Source: Acinetobacter wanghuae
GTDB taxonomy: Bacteria > Pseudomonadota > Gammaproteobacteria > Pseudomonadales > Moraxellaceae
DNA length: 32,000 bases
Assembly (NCBI RefSeq): GCF_009557235.1
Contig: NZ_CP045650.1
Coordinates: forward strand, 1,470,001 to 1,502,000
Reading direction: 5' to 3'
A program made the position numbers and the translations under genes. Below are positions 30,830 to 32,000 of this stretch, piece after piece. The notes under the pieces are model-generated. The model worked only from the letters and a program-made list of their open reading frames with translations, was not told the origin of the DNA and did no database searches. How positions within the stretch are numbered: the first letter of the stretch is position 1; the number at the start of each line of letters is the position of its first letter.

Positions 30830-31135
30830 TTAAGCACCGCGAAGCCCTTCTGGCGCAGCAGCATTCGGATTAATTAAACCTTCTGGCGGCATTTGTAAGA
30901 AGAAACCATTGGTTTCAATGGAATCCATCACATGCAATACATTAACACGCGCAAGTTTACGTGACTCACTGAGTTCCAAATGCATCACAAAAGTTGCACG
31001 ACCAAACGCAGTTTGTACCGCTTCAGGCAATACACTCAAAGGCTCGAATGTTTCTGCTTCGCTTTCAGTTTGTGGACGAGCAACGTAAAGATACATTTCG
31101 TCTTTTTTGCTCGATTTATAAATAGATACTTGCAT
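30830..31135 (-). CDS. ycgL: YcgL-domain protein
   Basis: [18 protein letters not shown] ... FG ... RKLARVNV ... NGFFLQMPP aligns with E. coli YcgL (CVIYRSSKRDQTYLYV...GYYLQLPP). Confidence 0.8.
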   Translation of the reverse strand: MQVSIYKSSKKDEMYLYVARPQTESEAETFEPLSVLPEAVQTAFGRATFVMHLELSESRKLARVNVLHVMDSIETNGFFLQMPPEGLINPNAAAPEGLRGA

Positions 31136-31264
31136 GTTTTACACGGTTTTCTAGGAAATCATTGGCAAGGATACATCAAAAAAAAGACAGATACATTAAC
31201 CATGGCGCGTGCATCAGTCGTGATTTTGTATAATTGCTTTTTCTTTAAGCAAATCTCATGACAT

Positions 31265-32000
31265 TCAATCGCGGACTTTCATTTGGGTCGACAAGTAAAA
31301 TTCATCTTCACGTAACAGTCGAATGAGTGGCAAGGTCAGTAATTCATAGCGCCAGCCCAATAGGTATTTCGGCAAATCTTGTTCGTCATTATGAAATACC
31401 ACATGTTGATACAGCGCAGTCATCCACTTCTTACGCATCAAAACTTCTTTAGGAACACAAAGATTCTGGGCAATCCCTTGAATAAAGTCATCAACTTTGT
31501 TGCCAATGTCTTGCGATGAATGACGAATTGGGCGTGCCAAACGCAATGGCCATTCTGCTTGCTCAGGCAAGAAGCTCAACAAATCTAAAATCGTTTTGCC
31601 ATAATCCCGAACCGTACTTGAGCGAATGTCTTTGACTTGACTCAATTGGAACATATTCTTTGGATTTTTCTCCACCATATCGAGCATGGTAGATGGCTTC
31701 AAAATAAAACTACGCGGTTGATTTAAGGCTTTAACAATGCCTTCACGCCACACCATCAGTTGTTGTAATTGCATGAGCTGACGGCGTGAATGACGGTAGT
31801 TGCCAACATCTTGATATAACAATGCTGTAGGCGTATCCAAACCAATTTCATGGGTTAAGTTTTGACAATCTTCAAGGGCAAAATCGAGTAAAGATTTCGC
31901 CGTTAAATCCTGTTTAATTTTGTCCGATAATTGCCCCAAATACACCACATCGTTGGCAGCATAACGTAGTTGCTCATCACTTAAAGGACGTGCCAACCAG
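31265..32000 (-). CDS. rnd: ribonuclease D (3' portion; the 5' end lies beyond the window)
   Basis: The frame stays open to the window edge (..WLARPLSDEQLRYAANDVVYL is the ExoIII motif of DEDDy exonucleases), followed by HRDC-like regions. The track Met at 31996 is an internal TTG Leu. Confidence 0.85.
   Translation of the reverse strand, partial: WLARPLSDEQLRYAANDVVYLGQLSDKIKQDLTAKSLLDFALEDCQNLTHEIGLDTPTALLYQDVGNYRHSRRQLMQLQQLMVWREGIVKALNQPRSFILKPSTMLDMVEKNPKNMFQLSQVKDIRSSTVRDYGKTILDLLSFLPEQAEWPLRLARPIRHSSQDIGNKVDDFIQGIAQNLCVPKEVLMRKKWMTALYQHVVFHNDEQDLPKYLLGWRYELLTLPLIRLLREDEFYLSTQMKVRD

Noticed and set aside
28528-31261. Shadow ORFs 28528..28827, 29293..29514, 29698..29910, 30564..30749 and 30980..31261.
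   Set aside because: They are antisense or out of frame relative to the VWA, MoxR, TM and YcgL genes. The His/Ile-rich translations are typical of antisense frames in AT-rich DNA.

Overview
This is a chromosomal, mostly core-genome segment from an AT-rich Acinetobacter-type gammaproteobacterium (Moraxellaceae). The 16S/23S rRNA sequence and the gene content both fit that assignment. Left to right the window holds: ispF; a secreted DUF1311/LprI-like protein; an AEC-family transporter; the prmB-aroC operon; three signal-peptide ORFans (one DUF1311, plus two joined by an ATGA stop/start overlap); a doubtful small ORF; a soluble ABC1/UbiB-family kinase; two tandem acyl-CoA dehydrogenase genes, of which the first has lost the catalytic Glu; a GNAT acetyltransferase; and a lytic transglycosylase lipoprotein. 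A complete rrn operon follows on the minus strand (16S, tRNA-Ile-GAU, tRNA-Ala-UGC, 23S, 5S) with a candidate promoter, boxA-like elements, processing stems and a terminator. After it come a YccT/DUF2057-like periplasmic protein, a Frm2/YodC-type nitroreductase, ftsY, a divergent M16 peptidase pair (one active, one inactive), four small uncharacterised ORFs, a CBS-pair protein, an orphan trpB-like gene, a tight ycgL / 4-TM / MoxR AAA+ / VWA operon, and the 3' two-thirds of rnd running off the window. I found no CRISPR array, transposase, integrase, phage gene or recognisable defence or toxin-antitoxin module. I cannot honestly name a convincing new system here. The best leads are (1) the client-less ycgL-TM-MoxR-VWA operon, (2) the probable heteromeric ACAD pair, and (3) the secreted ORFan patch at 4.8-6.5 kb. 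The ORF track uses GTG/TTG as well as ATG starts, and I revised several starts on signal-peptide, Shine-Dalgarno (SD) or homology grounds.
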